NCBI GenBank assembly: GCA_034435835.1 | Contig: DAOTWF010000017.1 | Span: 145,113-209,112 of the forward strand | Direction: 5' to 3' | Origin: Dehalococcoidia bacterium | GTDB taxonomy: Bacteria > Chloroflexota > Dehalococcoidia > GIF9 > UBA5629 | DNA length: 64,000 nucleotides | Part shown: positions 59,866-64,000 of the stretch, in pieces | Layout: every line of letters begins with the position of its first letter | How positions within the stretch are numbered: position 1 is the first letter of the stretch | Made by a program: the position numbers and the translations under genes | The notes under the pieces: model-generated | Database searches by the model: none | The model's input: the letters and a program-made list of their open reading frames with translations, nothing else | What the model was told of the DNA's origin: nothing

Positions 59866-60963
59866 TTAGAGTGTATAGAGCTTAAGCTGTATTCTACCGG
59901 CGAGCTCTATGAGGTCACCGTGGTTGAGGGCGACGGGACCTCTGCCGCGGATCTCCATGCCGTTCAGACTGGTGCCATTGGTGCTATCCAGATCTTCAAT
60001 ATAGAACTGCCCCTGCTGCGATTTGACCTCAAAATGTTGTCTCGACACCAGCGCCAGGTCGTTTATATCCAGCGCCCTGGCGAGGTCTTCCCTGCCGACC
60101 CTCCTGCCACCGCTGTCGAGTGGAATTTCCATACCGTTGGGCAGGGTTATCTTTGCCCTGACGGTGGTTGCCGGAAAAGAGGTCGGTACCTCTCGCAGCG
60201 CCGACGCAACAGATGGCTTTTTCCGCCTGGGGTGTGGGGCGTATATCCGGTACAGGTAAAAGCCAAGCAGGGCGAAAGCAATGGTGAGCAGGGCTGAGAA
60301 GCAGATTACCGCTGCCAGCGGCGATGCCACCAGTGTGCGCAACCGGTCGGTAAATTTACTTTCCGGCGGCGTAGCCGGCAGCGTCTGTCCGGTGGGCTTT
60401 TCGGTGCTCGCGGCTTTAACATAGGTCCAGTATACGAGTTTGTCATGAGGTGGGTCGGTGTCTCCGCCAGCCCAGTTGCCGTTGCTGTAGAACCATATTC
60501 TGTAGGCATGCTGTCCTTCCGGCTCGGCTGCGCCCGGGGTGAAAGGACCGAGCCTCCAGACTCCGCTTTCGGGCAGATGCCATTTGTATGCCAGCCATCT
60601 TCCCGGCTGCTCTGCGCCCTCGGGGAAGTGCTCGTAGATATAGAGCCAGCCCGGTGCATTGATGTCCACATCTAAATACCAGTTCTGGTCTCCGCTGACC
60701 CCGGCCCCGTTTTCCGCCGAAGGACCGATGAAGGCGGGGATGAAGTTGGGAGAGGCGTTATCCGACTGTGCTGAAGGTCCCAGCTGCACATACCGGACTG
60801 GCGGCTTGAGCTCATCGCCGGGCTGGTCTTCGGCGGGTGTCTCGGGCACGGTGGCGTTGTCCGTTGCTGGACCCACCGCCCACACATCTGCTGTCCCGGC
60901 GAACAGCACCCACAGGGCGGCGAAAAACAGAGCGCCGACAAAAAACAGTAATCTATACCTCAT
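59866..60963 (-). CDS. single-pass membrane protein: signal peptide, Trp/Tyr-rich module, TM, and a cytoplasmic C-terminal FHA domain
   Basis: 365 aa. W/Y-rich block (YIYEHFPEGA...GVWRLGPF...RIWFYSNGNW) homologous to the one in the 58112 protein. TM. FHA core (VSRQHFEVKSQQGQFYIEDLDSTNGTSLNG). Confidence 0.8.
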   Translation of the reverse strand: MRYRLLFFVGALFFAALWVLFAGTADVWAVGPATDNATVPETPAEDQPGDELKPPVRYVQLGPSAQSDNASPNFIPAFIGPSAENGAGVSGDQNWYLDVDINAPGWLYIYEHFPEGAEQPGRWLAYKWHLPESGVWRLGPFTPGAAEPEGQHAYRIWFYSNGNWAGGDTDPPHDKLVYWTYVKAASTEKPTGQTLPATPPESKFTDRLRTLVASPLAAVICFSALLTIAFALLGFYLYRIYAPHPRRKKPSVASALREVPTSFPATTVRAKITLPNGMEIPLDSGGRRVGREDLARALDINDLALVSRQHFEVKSQQGQFYIEDLDSTNGTSLNGMEIRGRGPVALNHGDLIELAGRIQLKLYTL

Positions 60964-61982
60964 TGTGCTTGCTGCACCTTAAGCTGTTTTATCAAATAGC
61001 CGCTTTCCGAGGCGAGCGCTGCCTGCATGGCGCGGGCATCGGCGAACCTATCGTCCGGGGAGAACATCACCGCCTGTGCCAGGCACCTTGCCACACGCTT
61101 TGATACGCCCAGGGAGATAAGGTGGTCGGCAAGGACGGCGGCTTCACTGAAGGAACGGGGCCAGTTGTATCTGAACAGTTTCAGGCAGATATCGTTGGGT
61201 TCATCAAGCGTAAGAAGATAGATGCAGGTCTGTGCCAGTCCGCAGAGGTCGCACCTGTGGTCGCTTTTCCTGCCGATGAACAGCTCCGGGATATCGAAGC
61301 CCTTGTTGGTTATCTGGGTGAACGAGTCATAGTATGTCTTGTCCTTATCAGGGTCAAGGTTCTTTGCCGTGCCGAAGTCGATGAGCTTCACCGTGCCATC
61401 GCTACAGAGCATGATGTTCTTGGGGTTAACGTCCCTGTGGACGATGCCGGCGGCGTGTATATAGGCGAGTGCGTCCAGTAGCTGGCACGCCCAGAGGACC
61501 ACCTGCTGCTCCTCGAGGGGCGACCGCGGTGACAGGGTGAGCAGTGGCTCCCCGTTCAGGTACTCGAGGACGAGGTGAAATTCGCCCTTGTGATAGAAGT
61601 CTTCTATATACCTGACGATGTTAGGGTGGTGCAGCCTCTTCAAATAGCTGGCTTCCAGCAGTAGCTTTTCCAGGTATACATTGTCCATGGTGGTGCCGCG
61701 GCGCGGTGTTTTGATGATGCAGGGCATGCCCTTCTTGCGTTCCAGGGCTCGCCAGATGGTCGCCATGCCGCCCTGTTTGAAAAGTGGCGTGATCAGTGCA
61801 TAGCGCCCGTTAACTATGTGAGCCTTGTCCGCTGAGGGGATGGGGGCGTGTGCCTGTTTCTGCTCGGGGCGAGGGCTTCCCTTATTGCGTTTTCGGAAGT
61901 AGACCAGCAGGGCGACGCATATCGCCAGGGCGCCGTATATCGAGACCATTGCAATGTCAGAAAAGTCCAGTGCCCACATCAT
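60960..61982 (-). CDS. Hanks-type Ser/Thr protein kinase with an N-terminal membrane anchor and no extracellular sensor domain
   Basis: 340 aa. N-terminal TM MVSIYGALAICVALLVYF followed by basic residues. Kinase motifs (VAIK-like IIKTP, HRDVNPKNIM, DFG). Stop/start overlap with the flanking genes. Confidence 0.88.
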   Translation of the reverse strand: MMWALDFSDIAMVSIYGALAICVALLVYFRKRNKGSPRPEQKQAHAPIPSADKAHIVNGRYALITPLFKQGGMATIWRALERKKGMPCIIKTPRRGTTMDNVYLEKLLLEASYLKRLHHPNIVRYIEDFYHKGEFHLVLEYLNGEPLLTLSPRSPLEEQQVVLWACQLLDALAYIHAAGIVHRDVNPKNIMLCSDGTVKLIDFGTAKNLDPDKDKTYYDSFTQITNKGFDIPELFIGRKSDHRCDLCGLAQTCIYLLTLDEPNDICLKLFRYNWPRSFSEAAVLADHLISLGVSKRVARCLAQAVMFSPDDRFADARAMQAALASESGYLIKQLKVQQAQ

Positions 61983-62782
61983 TTCCTCCCGATGGTGGTC
62001 TCAGCCGAGACTACAGCCTCCCATGAGGGCAGGTTGGCGGGCCTGGCTATTACCACCGATATATTGTCCGGTCCTCCCGCCAGGTTAGCCTGAGCAATGA
62101 GATCGGCACATGCCCGCCTGGGGTCGAGTGAACTCAGCACGGTCTCGGCTATCATTTCCGGGGGCAATATTCCGCAGAGACCATCAGAGCAGAGCAGGAT
62201 ATGGTCACCGGCGTAGAGTTTCAAGTGGTACAGGTCAGGGGCGGCATTTGAAGAATAGCCCAGGGCTCTGGTTATCTCATTGCGGCGGGGGTGATACCTC
62301 GCCTGTTCCTCGGTCAGCAGCCCGGCGTCCACCAGCTCCTGGACCATGGAATGGTCCTTGGTCACCTGGATGGTCTCGCGGCTATTGATGATATAGCAAC
62401 GGCAATCGCCGATGTGTGCCACGTACAGGTTATTTCCCAGCACCAGGGCTGCGGTGAGGGTGGTTCCCATACCGGCGAGCTCGCTGCGGCCGGCGGCGTT
62501 GAGCACGGCAGCACCCGCCCTGGAGCAGGCAGCGCTCAGGATGGAGAGCGGCGGTGCCGTGGGCTCGGTGAGCAGGCGCGAGATACACTCGGCGTGGAAT
62601 GTCCTCACGGCAAGGTCGCTGGCAACCTCTCCGGCATTATACCCGCCGATGCCGTCCGCCACAGCGAAGAGGCCGGCGGTGACAACTCCTGAATTTGTCT
62701 GGAGGTCAAACCTCATAGAGAGGACGCTGTCCTCGTTGAGGCTTCTCACCAGCCCTTTATCAGAACCATAGCCTATTTCCAA
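61979..62782 (-). CDS. PP2C-family Ser/Thr protein phosphatase
   Basis: 267 aa. Motifs FAVADGIGG and CSDGL, and a terminal GGPDNISVV. Confidence 0.9.
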   Translation of the reverse strand: MEIGYGSDKGLVRSLNEDSVLSMRFDLQTNSGVVTAGLFAVADGIGGYNAGEVASDLAVRTFHAECISRLLTEPTAPPLSILSAACSRAGAAVLNAAGRSELAGMGTTLTAALVLGNNLYVAHIGDCRCYIINSRETIQVTKDHSMVQELVDAGLLTEEQARYHPRRNEITRALGYSSNAAPDLYHLKLYAGDHILLCSDGLCGILPPEMIAETVLSSLDPRRACADLIAQANLAGGPDNISVVIARPANLPSWEAVVSAETTIGRK

Positions 62783-62784
62783 AA

Positions 62785-63405
62785 CTAACCACCCCCGTTT
62801 TCTGTCCCTTCCGTTTCCTTCTGCAGCCGGAAGGTCAGGGTGAGTTCCGGCTGCCCGGCGAGCTCGAGCTTATCGCCGTCCTTCAGCGGCTTTTTCTGCC
62901 CGTGTATATCAACGCCGTTCAACTTCGTATGGTTGGTGCTTCCCTTGCCTTCAGGACCGTAGTCCTGGACGTAGTGTCTGCCCCGGCTGCAGGTGATTAA
63001 CAGGTGCTGGCGTGAGACTGCCATCAGTGTCTCGTAGGGCAGTGCGTCGGCGAAATCAGCGCGCTCTATGAAGACAGGGTCGCCGCCGAGAACGAGCTCG
63101 GTGCCATTGGGCATTATCACCTTAGCCTTCGGCGGAGAATGGACTGTGCCCCGCCTGCCCCTGCCTTTGATTGCTATATCTGCGGTGGCGAAATACTTCC
63201 CGCAGGTATAGCAGAAGAACCTGGCGGCTTTATTCGGACTCTGACATCTGGGGCAGATGGTCTTATCTTCGGGGCTGATATCACCGGCTGTGGGGACAGA
63301 GCGCCGGTACCTGGTGGAGACCGTTTCGTCGCGGTCGCCCTTCACGCTGTGGGCTTGAGGTGGTAGTTTGGGACTTTTTTCCTTCACCATCATGATTACC
63401 AGCAC
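62785..63405 (-). CDS. FHA-domain protein with an N-terminal zinc-ribbon
   Basis: 206 aa. CPRCQ...CYTCG zinc ribbon. C-terminal FHA (VSRQHLLITCSRGRHYVQDYG...STNHTKLNG). Confidence 0.8.
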   Translation of the reverse strand: MLVIMMVKEKSPKLPPQAHSVKGDRDETVSTRYRRSVPTAGDISPEDKTICPRCQSPNKAARFFCYTCGKYFATADIAIKGRGRRGTVHSPPKAKVIMPNGTELVLGGDPVFIERADFADALPYETLMAVSRQHLLITCSRGRHYVQDYGPEGKGSTNHTKLNGVDIHGQKKPLKDGDKLELAGQPELTLTFRLQKETEGTENGGG

Positions 63406-63553
63406 TCTTTTACCAAAAGTCTAGCCTGCGGGCAGCGCCATTGCTTGACAGTTATCTGACAAACACCTAATATGGCTATGACAACTCCGCTGACGTAAAC
63501 ATTATACTACTATTAAGAAACGAAAATAGACCCGTCAAAGTTGGAGGCTGTCT

Positions 63554-64000
63554 TTGGCGTACGTAATCGTCAGGAAGGGCAATGCCGAGGATGTCGGCAA
63601 AATCTTCATCTTAAGCAGGCCGCTCACTCTGGTGGGACGCCGTACTCCGCAGAGCCAGCCCGATGTTGAACTCACCGATGAAGTCATCTCCCGGCGGCAC
63701 CTAGAGATTATACTCAAGGACGGCAAATACTGGGTGCGTGACCTGGGCAGCACCAATGGCACGATGCTGGGCGACGACAGGATAGTCCCCGGCAACCTGT
63801 ATGAACTCAAACACAACAGCAAGATAGGGCTGGGGGTTGAGGGCGCTTCAGCGCGCACTGTGCTCGTCTTCAAAGAGACCGAGGACACCGGCATAATCGC
63901 GGGCAAAAGGTCGCTGGCAGCTGAGCCCGCCGTGGCGCCGCAGGTGGCGTGGCTTAAGATAGACGAGGCAAAGAAAGAGGTGCTGGTGGACGGCAAGCCG
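63554..64000 (+). CDS. FHA-domain protein, N-terminal part (runs off the 3' edge of the window)
   Basis: TTG start 5 nt after GGAGG. Begins MAYVIVRKGNAEDVGKIFILSRPLTLVGR. FHA core ISRRHLEIILKDGKYWVRDLGSTNGTMLG. Divergent from the upstream FHA/PP2C/kinase operon. Confidence 0.7.
   Translation, partial: MAYVIVRKGNAEDVGKIFILSRPLTLVGRRTPQSQPDVELTDEVISRRHLEIILKDGKYWVRDLGSTNGTMLGDDRIVPGNLYELKHNSKIGLGVEGASARTVLVFKETEDTGIIAGKRSLAAEPAVAPQVAWLKIDEAKKEVLVDGKP

Noticed and set aside
63535-63996. 153-aa minus-strand ORF at the window end
   Set aside because: Antisense to the clearly FHA-encoding plus-strand frame. Ser/Pro/Leu-rich low-complexity translation.

Overview
High-GC (about 60%) bacterial chromosome segment. 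Gene content (Lon, FtsY, Lgt and bacterial-type replication genes mixed with archaeal-type ApgM, Thi4, COG1900/NIL-ferredoxin and UPF0280-like genes) suggests an anaerobic Chloroflexota-like lineage; that assignment is a guess from gene content only. The window spans the replication-origin neighbourhood: gyrB 3' end, nadD-obg, an AT-rich candidate oriC, dnaA, and gyrA about 6.5 kb further on. About 65 genes are called, most of them housekeeping, plus one tRNA-Pro(CGG). Other gene groups: an apgM-like gene next to lysC, which is probably a non-canonical homoserine kinase; a predicted Zur-type regulon (Fur-family regulator, a ZnuABC-like transporter and a membrane protein) linked by two TGCAAT..ATTGCA palindromes; a methanogen-type sulfur-incorporation cluster (COG1900 homocysteine protein, NIL-ferredoxin, sulfide-type Thi4, UPF0280) next to hisS; a steroid-5-alpha-reductase-family / 3-beta-HSD-like epimerase pair beside two tandem acyl-CoA dehydrogenases, an HpaB/AbfD-family enzyme and a VOC epimerase; and a MEDS plus 7xPAS hybrid histidine kinase. 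The most unusual region is at 55.4-64 kb. It starts with a low-GC island carrying a four-TM membrane protein. It continues with a Ser/Thr signalling cluster: PP2C phosphatase, a membrane-anchored Hanks kinase with no ectodomain, and two soluble FHA proteins. The cluster also contains three tandem paralogous single-pass membrane proteins. Each carries a cytoplasmic C-terminal FHA domain and an extracytoplasmic region built from Ig/PKD-like repeats, a conserved Trp/Tyr-rich module and, in one copy, a 10-cysteine motif. I read this as a candidate, undescribed outside-in phospho-signalling module in which FHA-ectodomain co-receptors feed a sensorless kinase. No CRISPR arrays or transposases were seen.
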